DNA of 45,598 bases from Candidatus Micrarchaeota archaeon (GTDB lineage Archaea; Micrarchaeota; Micrarchaeia; Micrarchaeales; CABMGC01), in contig DAHVUT010000006.1 in assembly GCA_027328425.1 (NCBI GenBank), forward strand, positions 1-45,598, written 5' to 3'. The notes below the pieces were generated by a model, which saw only the letters and a list, made by a program, of their open reading frames with translations, was not told the origin of the DNA and did not search any database. A program made the translations under genes and the position numbers. Of this stretch, positions 18,813 to 28,008 are shown one piece after another (the first letter of the stretch is position 1; each line of letters starts with the position of its first letter).

Positions 18813-20025
18813 CAGTGCCTATGCCAACGAACTTGCCCTTCCTGTAGAGCACGAACCTTCCCAGTTCCTTAGTGACTTCGTAATTCTCAACGGGCACCTT
18901 CCTCGCCAGCCTCAGTTCCGCCTCTGCTGCCTCGAGCGCCTTGGCCGTTTTGGATTTGTCCGCATCCCCGGTTGTGGTGCTTACGCTGCGCAGCACGCGT
19001 ATTCCTTTACAAGGTATGTCTATCCCGTTGAATTTTGCGGTCATGCCGTCTCCGAACTTCCCAGTGACGAATATCCTAAGTTTTACTGCGTCCTTGACCG
19101 CTGGCTTGTCTCTGCTGCCCGATATCACCGCGCCTCTTGGATTCCCCGAGATGGGCGTATCAAGCTCCAATGCTACGTTCTCCCCAACATTTCCTGTGCC
19201 TACGCTCCTGTTCTTCACTATTATTGCGCGTGTCTTTGCATCGATTCCTAGCGGCAGTATGCTTATCTTTTCCCCGACTTTTATCTTGCCGCTTATCACT
19301 CTGCCCACTATTAGATTGCCTTTCTTGCCCGGTATGACGCCCTGTGCTATTATCCTAAGCGCGCCATCTTGCGTCTTGTTTGTCTTTGTTGCGCTTACAT
19401 ACAATGCATCGAGCAACGGTTTTCCGCTATACCACCGCATCTTCCGGCTCTTCCTCACTAGGTTCTCGCCCTTGTACGCAGATATAGGCACAAAAGCCAC
19501 ATTTGGCGTGTCGAATCCTATCTTTTCTATGAATTTCACAAGCCCCTCCTTCACTTCCATGAACCTGCCTTCATCGTAGCCAACCGTGTCCATCTTGTTC
19601 ACGGCAACCACTAGCCTGTCTATGCCGAGCATCCTGGATATGAAGAGATGCCTCTTTGTCTGGTCCCTTATCCCCTCGTCCCTCTTCGCGGAGACAAGCA
19701 GCAGCGCTATCTCTCCGTAGCTTGCGCCGCTTATCATGTTCTTTATCAGTTCCTCGTGCCCGGGCACATCGATCAGCGCGAAAGCTAGATTTCTGTGCTT
19801 TATCTCCGCCCTGGTGGTGTCTATTGTCATCTCCTGCAGTCTCTCTTCCGCGAAACTGTCGAGTATGAACGCAGGTTCGAATGCCTTGTGGAGGCGCTTG
19901 CTGTATTCCTCAGCTTCTTTTATCCTCACCTTGGTGGCTGCACCTGTCTGCATCAGCAGGCTCCCTATGAGCGTGGACTTGCCGTGATCCTTGTGCCCGA
20001 GCAATGCGATAAACTTTACCTGCAT
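18802..20025 (-). CDS. cysN: Sulfate adenylyltransferase subunit 1 (EF-1A-like GTPase)
   Basis: G-motifs GHKDHGKST, DVPGH, NKMD, SAYKG; 4 nt downstream of cysD. Confidence 0.8.
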   Translation of the reverse strand: MQVKFIALLGHKDHGKSTLIGSLLMQTGAATKVRIKEAEEYSKRLHKAFEPAFILDSFAEERLQEMTIDTTRAEIKHRNLAFALIDVPGHEELIKNMISGASYGEIALLLVSAKRDEGIRDQTKRHLFISRMLGIDRLVVAVNKMDTVGYDEGRFMEVKEGLVKFIEKIGFDTPNVAFVPISAYKGENLVRKSRKMRWYSGKPLLDALYVSATKTNKTQDGALRIIAQGVIPGKKGNLIVGRVISGKIKVGEKISILPLGIDAKTRAIIVKNRSVGTGNVGENVALELDTPISGNPRGAVISGSRDKPAVKDAVKLRIFVTGKFGDGMTAKFNGIDIPCKGIRVLRSVSTTTGDADKSKTAKALEAAEAELRLARKVPVENYEVTKELGRFVLYRKGKFVGIGTVMT

Positions 20026-20029
20026 CGGA

Positions 20030-20827
20030 TCACATATAGCCCAAGCTTCTGAGCCTGAGCATGGCGTACTCGCTTTCCTTGTCCATGCTCCTGCCTGAGC
20101 GTTCCTCCTGCTTCGTCGTCCTGAGCTCCTTTATTATGTCATCCACTGTCTTGGCGTTTGACCTAAGCGCTATCGTGCAATGCGTGCAGCCGAGGCTCCT
20201 GTACCTGAACCCGTTCTTTGAGAAGTAAAGGGGGTTTATAGGTATGCGCTCCTGCCTTATATAGCGCCACACATCGAGCTCGTTCCAGTCGAGCAGTGGA
20301 TGCACCCTTATGTGCCCCAAAGTGTCCATCTTGCTCGAGTAGTCGTCCCACAGCTCGGCAGGCTGGTTTCTATACTTCCACCTGAAGTTCCTGTCGCGGG
20401 GGCTCATGTACCTTTCCTTGGCCCTCACTCCGTGTTCGTCGCGCCTTATAGAGACAATGAGAGCGTCGAAGCCATGCTGCGCCATTATCTTTTTCAGCGT
20501 CTCGGGCTTGTTCTTGCCGCAGCACGCCGAGCCCACCAAATCCTGTTTTATCTCGCTATGACCAACTATCACCTTGAAGTTCCATTTCTTGGCCAGGTAT
20601 TCCCTGAAGGTGTATGTCTCTGGGAAATCTACAGAATTGTCGATGTGAATCACAGGGAATGGTATCTTGCCCATGAATGCCTTGCGGGTAAGCGCAAGCA
20701 TGGCGGTGCTGTCCTTCCCCATGCTCCACAGAGCCGCTATGTTCTTGAACTTGAGCTTCGCCTCGCGTATTATGTAGATGCTCTTCTCCTCCAGCGTCTT
20801 GAGATCCTGCTCTATCATTTGATCCAC
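20030..20827 (-). CDS. cysD: Sulfate adenylyltransferase subunit 2
   Basis: SMGKDS, RRDEH..RAKER.MSPR, NQPAELW, RVHPL, YRSLGC. Confidence 0.92.
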   Translation of the reverse strand: MDQMIEQDLKTLEEKSIYIIREAKLKFKNIAALWSMGKDSTAMLALTRKAFMGKIPFPVIHIDNSVDFPETYTFREYLAKKWNFKVIVGHSEIKQDLVGSACCGKNKPETLKKIMAQHGFDALIVSIRRDEHGVRAKERYMSPRDRNFRWKYRNQPAELWDDYSSKMDTLGHIRVHPLLDWNELDVWRYIRQERIPINPLYFSKNGFRYRSLGCTHCTIALRSNAKTVDDIIKELRTTKQEERSGRSMDKESEYAMLRLRSLGYM

Positions 20828-21132
20828 TCATCAGGCCTGTTTATGGTAAGCAGCCCCTTCATGTAGTATGTTGCGCCCGTTATCTTCCTGCCCGATTTTT
20901 CGAATATCGGTATCCTCAGCACCAGTTTTTGTTTCGGGTCGTAGAGCTCTGCGTACGACTTCGTTAAGTCCTGCGCCCTGTTTAGCTTGCCTCCATTCTG
21001 ATAGACGACCTTGTAGTATCTCAGATTGCTCTTCGGCAGCGCCTTCGCGAACCTTTTCCAGTTAGCCTCACTGGGCTCCTCCCAGAGCGTGTCTGTTATC
21101 TCTTTTATGTCAACTTTGGCCATAGCAACCAC
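20815..21132 (-). CDS. Hypothetical protein in cysDN operon
   Basis: 105-aa ORF overlapping both neighbours in the same direction. Confidence 0.6.
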   Translation of the reverse strand: MVAMAKVDIKEITDTLWEEPSEANWKRFAKALPKSNLRYYKVVYQNGGKLNRAQDLTKSYAELYDPKQKLVLRIPIFEKSGRKITGATYYMKGLLTINRPDEWIK

Positions 21133-21374
21133 TAAGTGTACCCCAGTGCTTTCAGCTTTTCCAGAACGCTCTCGGTTTCCCTTTTTCCTGTTTTTCTGAG
21201 CTCGATTTCAGACATCGTTTCGCGGAGTATGTATGTTGCGTAGTCCGAAACCGAGGAAAAGCCCGTTGCCTTTATCCTATCCTGTATCTTCTGGAACAGC
21301 GGTGCCGGAATCGTTATCGTAGTATATTTCCTCTTCACGTGTGTGTTTTTCGTCATATTGTCACTTAATGTCAT
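21132..21374 (-). CDS. CopG/ribbon-helix-helix regulator (true start may be 21356)
   Basis: YTTITIP beta-ribbon, GFSSVSDYATYILRE helix, C-terminal LKALGY; TTTATATA box near 21386-21393 on minus. Confidence 0.8.
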   Translation of the reverse strand: MTLSDNMTKNTHVKRKYTTITIPAPLFQKIQDRIKATGFSSVSDYATYILRETMSEIELRKTGKRETESVLEKLKALGYT

Positions 21375-21510
21375 TACATTGTATTGTATATAAATCTATG
21401 CTTTCCTCGAGTACGCATTTATCTTTGCTTAGCGGGAAAACCCACGATGTTCAATCGTGGGATGAGAGCGAGCTGCAGACAGGAATATAAATACAAATGT
21501 TGACGTAAGT

Positions 21511-22713
21511 ATGGTCATCGTGAAAACCACATACAAATTCAGGGCATATCCTTCTCAGGTTCATAAATCAATGTTGAACCACCAAATGCATCTTTCCAAA
21601 CAACTCTACAATCTCCTTCTTGAAAAGTCGCAGGAACACTTCAAGGACTATGGAAAGGCATTCACAAAATTTGACATGAATAAGTGGATTACCCAACTCA
21701 AGAGGAAGTCCCCGGAGTTCAAGGAACTTCACTCGCAGGTCTGCCAAAACGTCGCAGACAGGGTTTCAAATGGGTATAAGCAATTCTTCCGAAGGATAAA
21801 GGAAAGAGAGACGGGGAAGAAGGTCAGGGCAGGATTCCCACGCTTCAAGTCATTCGTATCATCGTTGACATTTCCGCAGGAAGGCGGGTTCGTCATAGGG
21901 AAAAAGAAGGTCCGTCTCTCGAAAATAGGAAACATCAATTTCGTTAATCATAGGGATATCGAAGGAATCCCGAAGACCTGTGCTATAAAGAAGACTAAAA
22001 CAGACGAATGGTATCTCACAATTTCAACTGAGAAAGATGACATAGTTCCATTCACGAATGGAAAGGGGGCAGTCGGAATGGACCTGGGCATAAAGAAGTA
22101 TGCAGTCTTGTCGGACGGTTCTGTGCTGCATAATACTCACATGTCCGTGAAAGAGAGGTCGAAACTGAAAAGGCTTCAAAGGGTGATCTCAAGGCGTAAG
22201 AAAGGTTCTCGCAAAAGGAGAAAGGCGGTAATCGCTTTCGCAAGGAAATACGAACATATATCAAAAATCAAAGACGACCGCCTGCACAAACTATCGCACC
22301 GTCTTGTCAATTCCTACTCATTCATCGCATATGAGGGACTGGAAATCGCAAACATGATGGGAAACCACCGTCTTGCGAGAAATATCGGTGAGGAGTCTTG
22401 GGGAAAGTTCACCGACTATCTGCGCTACAAGGCTGAGAGCGCTGGTTGCGCAGTGGTCAGCGTAGATCCAAGGAATACGTCAAAGACATGCAGTGATTGC
22501 GGAAACATTCAGTATATATCTCTGTCGGAAAGGACATTCGCCTGCAATAAATGCGGTATGTCAAAGGACAGGGACCTGAATGCATCGGTAAACATACTCA
22601 ACAGAGCTACCTCTGGACAAGGGGGAAGTAACGCCTCTGGAGACAATGCAAGACCTCTCGCAAGAGAGGCAGTTGTCAAGGAACGAGGAACTATAATTGG
22701 CGATTCGCGATGA
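21511..22713 (+). CDS. tnpB: TnpB RNA-guided endonuclease, canonical D-E-D
   Basis: YKFRAYP HTH, FPRFKS, GMDLG, IAYEGL, CSDC..CNKC, DRDLNASVNI. Confidence 0.93.
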   Translation: MVIVKTTYKFRAYPSQVHKSMLNHQMHLSKQLYNLLLEKSQEHFKDYGKAFTKFDMNKWITQLKRKSPEFKELHSQVCQNVADRVSNGYKQFFRRIKERETGKKVRAGFPRFKSFVSSLTFPQEGGFVIGKKKVRLSKIGNINFVNHRDIEGIPKTCAIKKTKTDEWYLTISTEKDDIVPFTNGKGAVGMDLGIKKYAVLSDGSVLHNTHMSVKERSKLKRLQRVISRRKKGSRKRRKAVIAFARKYEHISKIKDDRLHKLSHRLVNSYSFIAYEGLEIANMMGNHRLARNIGEESWGKFTDYLRYKAESAGCAVVSVDPRNTSKTCSDCGNIQYISLSERTFACNKCGMSKDRDLNASVNILNRATSGQGGSNASGDNARPLAREAVVKERGTIIGDSR

Positions 22714-22765
22714 CCATCAAAGACGCCATTGGAAGCCCACGAATTAATTCGTGGGAGGATGTCAC
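22608..22765 (+). ncRNA. Putative omegaRNA scaffold of tnpB element 2
   Basis: Hairpins (CCTCTC-GCAA-GAGAGG; right-end palindrome) and covarying similarity to the scaffold at 44122-44218. Confidence 0.65.
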
Positions 22766-23319
22766 AACCCTTGCACGCCGCTGAGTGCAGCCCTTATGGC
22801 GCGTATCAGCCCAGGGTAATAATCGCGCTGCACATACTTCTTCGTGAGCTCGGGGTCGCCTATCTCCTTCTCAAGCCTGGCCAATGGAATGAACTCCACA
22901 GACTCTACCTCTTCCTTCTGCAGTGTCTGCGGCAGCGTGTCACGCTTTAACAGGTAAACGGTGTAGACGTGCTTGTTGTAGTAGCCAGGCTTCGGTTCTC
23001 CGCTGAGTTTCGACGCAAGTATCTCCTTCAGCTCTCCTGCTTCTGCCCTTATGCCCAGCTCTTCCTCTAGTTCCCTGAGCGCAGCCTGGATCCGTGTTTC
23101 GCCAGCGGACACGTGCCCTGCAGCCGATATGTCCAAGAGCCCAGGATAGCTCTCTTTAGACATCGAACGTTTCTGCAAAAGGACCTCTCCTTCAGTGTTG
23201 TATATCCATACGTCCACTGTCTGGTGCCACACCCCTTCTGCATGGGCGTCCTTTTTTGAAATGGTGTACCCCTGCATACTGCCATTCTCATCAACTACAT
23301 CAAGCAGTTCGTCTGGCAT
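22762..23319 (-). CDS. NUDIX hydrolase (IDI type 1-like)
   Basis: LLDVVDENG, WHQTVDVW, LLQKRS, Nudix box GHVSAGE..AALRELEEELGI. Confidence 0.85.
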   Translation of the reverse strand: MPDELLDVVDENGSMQGYTISKKDAHAEGVWHQTVDVWIYNTEGEVLLQKRSMSKESYPGLLDISAAGHVSAGETRIQAALRELEEELGIRAEAGELKEILASKLSGEPKPGYYNKHVYTVYLLKRDTLPQTLQKEEVESVEFIPLARLEKEIGDPELTKKYVQRDYYPGLIRAIRAALSGVQGL

Positions 23320-23378
23320 GCGGGTCTGGTGTAATATTAATGTTAACTAATTATATGCTTTCAACGAACGTTGATTTT

Positions 23379-24629
23379 TTGGAGCTCCAGTTCCTGGGCG
23401 GTGCAGGTGAAGTAGGCAGGTCAGCGATACTGCTGGAGGGCAGCAAGCGCATAGTGCTGGACCATGGAGTGAAGCTGGACCACAAGACGCAGTACCCGAT
23501 GCACACAGGGCCTGTGGACGCATGCGTGCTCAGCCATGCGCACCTTGACCACAGCGGCGACGTGCCCTTTCTGTATAAGGGCGCGTTTCCCGTCACGTAC
23601 GGCACCGAGCCCACCAGGGAGCTCAGCACGCTGCTGCTTGAGGATTCGCTGAAGATAGCGAGGAAGGAGCACCAGTCCCCGAAGTTCTCAAAGCACGACC
23701 TCAGGAATATGCTGACCCATTATGCTCCCTATGAGTACGGCAGCGAGATAGACGTAGGCGAGTACACTATGACTCTGCACGACGCAGGCCACATAAGCGG
23801 CAGCTCGATAACGGAGCTGCGCAGCAGGAAGAGCGGCAAGACAATAGTCTACACCGGTGACTTCAAGCTCGAACCACAGCTGCTCCACGAAGGGGCAGAG
23901 ATAGTGAGGAGCGATGTGCTCATAACCGAGACCACGTACGCAGGCAGGGAGCATCCCGACAGGGGCGAGCTCATAAGCAAGTTTGTAGCCGACGTAAAGC
24001 AAACTCTGGACGCCGGCGGCATAGCGTTGGTGCCCAGTTTTGCGGTGGGCAGGGCCCAGGAGCTGCTCGCCATACTCCATAGAGCGGGCCTCTCCGATTT
24101 CGTGTTCATGGACGGGATGGCCAGGAAGGCCACGGAGATAGTGATGCGCTACGGCAGTTTCATAAGGAACGCAGGCCTGCTGGGCGACGCACTGGAGAGG
24201 ATAACGGTGGTGGGCAACGTCGAGCACAGGCACCACGCGGTGAGCGGGCCCAGCATAATACTGACGACTGCGGGCATGCTGAATGGTGGCCCGGTGCTGA
24301 ACTACCTGACGCAGCTCAATCCAATGTCTAAGATATTCCTTACAGGCTATCAGGTCGAGGGTACGAACGGCAGGAAGCTGATGGAGGGCAAGCCAATCTC
24401 CCTTGACGGCAGGAATGAGCGCATAAGGACGCCGTGGGTGTACTACGACTTCTCAGCGCATTCAGGCAACAGGGATCTCAACGAGTACATAAAGAAGAGC
24501 AATCCTGAGGTAGTGGTCTGCGTTCACGGAGAGGAGCTGAGCGCTGAGGCGTTCGCTGAGCAGCTGAAGGCCAACGGCTTCAAGACGCATGTGCCCAAGC
24601 TGGGAGAAAGCCTCCGGCTAGATGTATGA
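23379..24629 (+). CDS. MBL-fold beta-CASP ribonuclease (aCPSF2-like)
   Basis: LGGAGEVGRS, SHAHLDHSG, AGHISGS, YTGD, FAVGRAQE, FSAH, VHGE. TTG start about 28 nt after TTATAT. Confidence 0.9.
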   Translation: MELQFLGGAGEVGRSAILLEGSKRIVLDHGVKLDHKTQYPMHTGPVDACVLSHAHLDHSGDVPFLYKGAFPVTYGTEPTRELSTLLLEDSLKIARKEHQSPKFSKHDLRNMLTHYAPYEYGSEIDVGEYTMTLHDAGHISGSSITELRSRKSGKTIVYTGDFKLEPQLLHEGAEIVRSDVLITETTYAGREHPDRGELISKFVADVKQTLDAGGIALVPSFAVGRAQELLAILHRAGLSDFVFMDGMARKATEIVMRYGSFIRNAGLLGDALERITVVGNVEHRHHAVSGPSIILTTAGMLNGGPVLNYLTQLNPMSKIFLTGYQVEGTNGRKLMEGKPISLDGRNERIRTPWVYYDFSAHSGNRDLNEYIKKSNPEVVVCVHGEELSAEAFAEQLKANGFKTHVPKLGESLRLDV

Positions 24630-24652
24630 GAAACAGGAAAGAGCAAACAGGC

Positions 24653-24949
24653 TTATTCCTTGCCTACAACTTCTATCTTGCCGTACTTGCCGGTGCTAAG
24701 CTGCGGGTTGCCCTTGAACTCGCTGACGTAGCCGTTGGTTATCTTTACCTTGTCGCCAACGCTCACGAGCTCGATGTTGCCCTCCCAGAGCGAGATGGCA
24801 ATGCTGCCCGAGTCGTCGCTTATCACCGCATCAGCCACCTTCAGTGGCTTGCCGAACTTTGTAACAACCTCCCTGGGTTCGCCCTTCTCAGTGATTACGC
24901 CTTCAAGTTCTACGCTAGTAGCACCTGCTTTCAGTTCAGATATCTTCAT
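24653..24949 (-). CDS. ssb: Single-OB-fold single-stranded DNA-binding protein
   Basis: MKISEL, PREV.TK.G, DDSGSI.ISLW, NGYVSEFKG..QL..GKYG. Confidence 0.85.
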   Translation of the reverse strand: MKISELKAGATSVELEGVITEKGEPREVVTKFGKPLKVADAVISDDSGSIAISLWEGNIELVSVGDKVKITNGYVSEFKGNPQLSTGKYGKIEVVGKE

Positions 24950-25108
24950 TTCTTCACCGTGAGGTAGATTATACAAAGGAAAGTATAATAATGAATGCCT
25001 GTTTCCGAGCCGAAATTCCGCAAATGTCGCAAAACAGCATCGTATGCCTGTAAAGATCTACAGAAACACAATGCTTTTAACGGGTGTCGTGTCGCCCACT
25101 GGAATGCC

Positions 25109-25441
25109 CTAACTCAAACGCGTCAGTTTTGCGTAGGCATCCTTAAGGCTCTTTATCGTGCCCGATGTCCTTATCGTGCGCAATCCTATCTGTTTCTCCC
25201 CCAACTTCTTGACGAATGTCAGAGCCAGCGTCAGGCTCTGCTCGTATCCCCTGTTCAGGCTCAGTATGAAGAAGGTGTCGCTCGGCTGAGCCGCCAGCCT
25301 CACATTGGCCCTGAAGTACTCAAGCTCGCCCATTAACTTCGCAAGCTCATGCATCAGGGAGTCCTCTGCCCCCCTGTTCCTGAGGTCTATCGGCATGCTG
25401 CTCTCCACCAGCAGGTAGCGGAGCTTCCTCCTGTAGATCAT
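25109..25441 (-). CDS. RNase P protein Pop5/Rpp14
   Basis: RKLRYL N-terminus and TIRTSGTIKSL signature. Confidence 0.8.
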   Translation of the reverse strand: MIYRRKLRYLLVESSMPIDLRNRGAEDSLMHELAKLMGELEYFRANVRLAAQPSDTFFILSLNRGYEQSLTLALTFVKKLGEKQIGLRTIRTSGTIKSLKDAYAKLTRLS

Positions 25442-25953
25442 AGCACGTCACCTAGCACGCCCAGCGTCCTCTGCGCTGCAGCCCCTTCCAGCCCGAGCAG
25501 CCCACCTATGCCGAGCATCTGTTGCGCCGACATCAGGCACTCCTGGCGTTCAGCAAGGCTCGCCAGCGCTATGGGCACCCCGTGCAGCATCGCCTCCCTT
25601 ACCGTTCCCTTCGCCCTTCGCAGTTCGTTCTTCCTCTCGCTCTCCGATGCGCACGTAATCCTGGCGATTGGTATAAGCAGCGGTTTTCCTATCTCCTTGA
25701 GCGTCTCCAGCTCCTTGCCACTGAGGCTGCGTTCGCCGGTCATCACCGCCACCACGTCGTTTCGTTTGAGCCCCCCTGCAAGCATCTCAGGGCTGTCGTC
25801 CTTTATTATCTTCCTCCTGCCGTCCTGCTGCAGGTTTGTGTTGTCCATGAGTTCGGCATCGCTGCCCAGACAGAAGATGCGCTTGAAGCCTAGTCTCTTT
25901 TCCAAACTCTTTACTGCGCTTTCCTGCATGGCGGCCAGGTCGAAGTAAGCCAT
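25438..25953 (-). CDS. RNase P protein Rpp30-like (divergent, short)
   Basis: KRLGF start, VPIALASLA segment, overlaps Pop5 gene by 4 nt. Confidence 0.6.
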   Translation of the reverse strand: MAYFDLAAMQESAVKSLEKRLGFKRIFCLGSDAELMDNTNLQQDGRRKIIKDDSPEMLAGGLKRNDVVAVMTGERSLSGKELETLKEIGKPLLIPIARITCASESERKNELRRAKGTVREAMLHGVPIALASLAERQECLMSAQQMLGIGGLLGLEGAAAQRTLGVLGDVL

Positions 25954-25957
25954 GGGC

Positions 25958-27187
25958 TCAGGCCTTCTCTTCCGTGCCCGCCCCTTTCGCTTCGCTCTCT
26001 GCGAAGAGGCTCTTCTCTATGGTCTCCTTTATCTTGTCGGCAGCGTAGGCCAGCTTGATGAGTTTTGTGTGCCCTCTTATGCCCTTGCCCGATTCGTACG
26101 TGTCTATGAGGCCCTGCATCTCCAAATCGGAGATGTACTTCCTGTACCACCTGCTGCTTTTGGGTTCCTTGCTGAGCGAGTTTGCTATGCCCGAATACTT
26201 GTTGTATACCTCGCCGCTGAATATGTATGTGTCGTCGCCGTCCACGAGCTTCTTGTACCTGCTTCCCTGCAGCGATAGCAGCGAGATCGCATAGAGGACG
26301 AGCTTCTGGTGCTCTGGCAACGTGGCTATCACCTCGTAGGCCACCTCTTCCTCCGCGTCCTTCTCGGCCTTCATCACTTCCTGCTCCCCTATCTTGCTCT
26401 TCTCCTCCTCCTCCGTCAGCTCCCCGGCCCTTGACAGTATCTTGAGAGCAAGCCTCGCATCCCCGCTCTCCTTTGCGGCTATGGCGGCAATGAGGTTGAG
26501 CACGTCATCGCCGGCCACTCCCTGCTTGAAGCCGCTGGCGGCCCTGTCCTTGACTATCGCGGCCAGCTCCGTCGAGTTGTACGGCGGGAACACAAGTTCG
26601 TGCTCGTAGAGCGTGGACAGGCTCCTGGGATCGAGCAGCTCCTTGAAGTCAATCCTGTTGCTCACGCCCACTATGGTTATGCCGCCGGCGCGTATGTCGC
26701 TGTTGGCTCTGGTGAGTGTGTACACAAGATCGTCGAGGTCCTTGACCATGTCGATTTCGTCCAGGACGGCCACAAGCACCTTGCCGTCCTCTTCAACCCA
26801 GTTGATTATCTTCTCGTATATCTCCACAAGGCCGTAGCCCCTCCTCGCGAGGAACGGCAGGTGGTCGCTTATTATCTTGCTGAGCACCCTGTACCTGGAG
26901 TTGTATATCCTGCAGTTTATGTAGGATATTTTGGCCTTTGCGGCAGTCAGCGACCTTACTTCCTCGATGACGTGCCTTATGCAGGAAGTCTTGCCGGTGC
27001 CTGTCTTGCCGTATATGAAGACGTTCCTGCCGCGTTCACCTTTCAGCGATGGCGCAAGCGCCTTGACTATGCTCTCAATCTGCTTGTCCCTGTAGAGCAG
27101 GTTCTGCGGGAGATAGTGCGGAGAGAGCACCTCGCGGTTCGCAAAAACATTAGATTCCTTGAATAGAGATGCGAATTTCTCATCCAT
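25958..27187 (-). CDS. cdc6: Orc1/Cdc6 replication initiator
   Basis: VFANREVL.P.Y.P, GKTGTGKT, YINC, LDEID, FPPY, GDAR, C-terminal winged helix. Confidence 0.95.
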   Translation of the reverse strand: MDEKFASLFKESNVFANREVLSPHYLPQNLLYRDKQIESIVKALAPSLKGERGRNVFIYGKTGTGKTSCIRHVIEEVRSLTAAKAKISYINCRIYNSRYRVLSKIISDHLPFLARRGYGLVEIYEKIINWVEEDGKVLVAVLDEIDMVKDLDDLVYTLTRANSDIRAGGITIVGVSNRIDFKELLDPRSLSTLYEHELVFPPYNSTELAAIVKDRAASGFKQGVAGDDVLNLIAAIAAKESGDARLALKILSRAGELTEEEEKSKIGEQEVMKAEKDAEEEVAYEVIATLPEHQKLVLYAISLLSLQGSRYKKLVDGDDTYIFSGEVYNKYSGIANSLSKEPKSSRWYRKYISDLEMQGLIDTYESGKGIRGHTKLIKLAYAADKIKETIEKSLFAESEAKGAGTEEKA

Positions 27188-28008
27188 CAGCGTCCCCCGT
27201 TAACCAATCTCTTTGCTATGCTTATAAACTCTCCTTTTATCTCAGCATCTCCGTGCATGGCGACCCTTCCGGAGTCGCTGAATTCGTCAAACTTCCTGTC
27301 CTCTTTCACCGTTCCGAGCACCTCGCAATGCAGAGCTTCTGCGACCGTCTTCGCTCCTGTGGGTGCGCCGCTGGACATGTTCTCGACCACTCCTAATATC
27401 GGCGCGCCGAGCCTCTTCGCCATCAGCCCCGACCTTACCGCGTTTATGGCAGCTATCTGCTGCGGCGTGGTCACTATCACGAAGCCGTCCATCTCGAGCA
27501 GCTGCATTATGGACAGGTTGGAGTCGCTCGTCCCAGGGCTGCAGTCGAGTATCAGGTAGTCGAGCTCGCCCCAGTCCGTGGCCTCCAGGAACTCGCCCAG
27601 CATCTTGGCCACCATCGGCCCGCGCCATATCATGGGCCTCTTGGCCTCGTCCATGAACATCGCCGTGGAGATGACCTTCACGCCGTCCTTCTCCAGCGGC
27701 TTGAGCGGGTATTCCGGCTCCCCGGATTGCCTTATGCCTAGGAAGAGGTGCAGATTGGGGCAGTCTATGTCTGCATCGAGCAGGCCCACCCTGTAGCCCA
27801 TGTCCTTGAGCGCGAATGCGATGTTTACGGCTATCGTGGTCTTGCCCACTCCGCCCTTTGCGCTGTACACGCCTATCTTGTGCTTCACCCCTGCGAGCGC
27901 CTGCTTAACATGCTGCCGCTGCTTCACCACGTTCAGTATTGACGGGTGCACCACGTTCACTGTGGCGTTGCCTATTTTTGCAGTTGCTGCTTCTTTTTCA
28001 TCAGGCAT
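27187..28008 (-). CDS. mrp: Mrp/NBP35-family P-loop ATPase lacking CxxC
   Basis: SAKGGVGKTT, LDADIDCP, IWRGP, WGELDYL..D.SPGT, VTTPQ, VVENMS. Confidence 0.88.
   Translation of the reverse strand: MPDEKEAATAKIGNATVNVVHPSILNVVKQRQHVKQALAGVKHKIGVYSAKGGVGKTTIAVNIAFALKDMGYRVGLLDADIDCPNLHLFLGIRQSGEPEYPLKPLEKDGVKVISTAMFMDEAKRPMIWRGPMVAKMLGEFLEATDWGELDYLILDCSPGTSDSNLSIMQLLEMDGFVIVTTPQQIAAINAVRSGLMAKRLGAPILGVVENMSSGAPTGAKTVAEALHCEVLGTVKEDRKFDEFSDSGRVAMHGDAEIKGEFISIAKRLVNGGR

Larger units (their letters stand above)
21423..22765 (+). mobile_element. IS200/IS605-family element (tnpB only), target TTAT, right end TCAC
   Basis: TTAT|CTTTGCTTAGCGGG-AAAA-CCCACGATGTTCAATCGTGGG left hairpin; GAAG-CCCACGAATTAATTCGTGGG-AGGATG-TCAC right end. 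Confidence 0.88.

Noticed and set aside
18802-20025. Elongation factor EF-1A
   Set aside because: Divergent switch region and coupling to cysD favour CysN.
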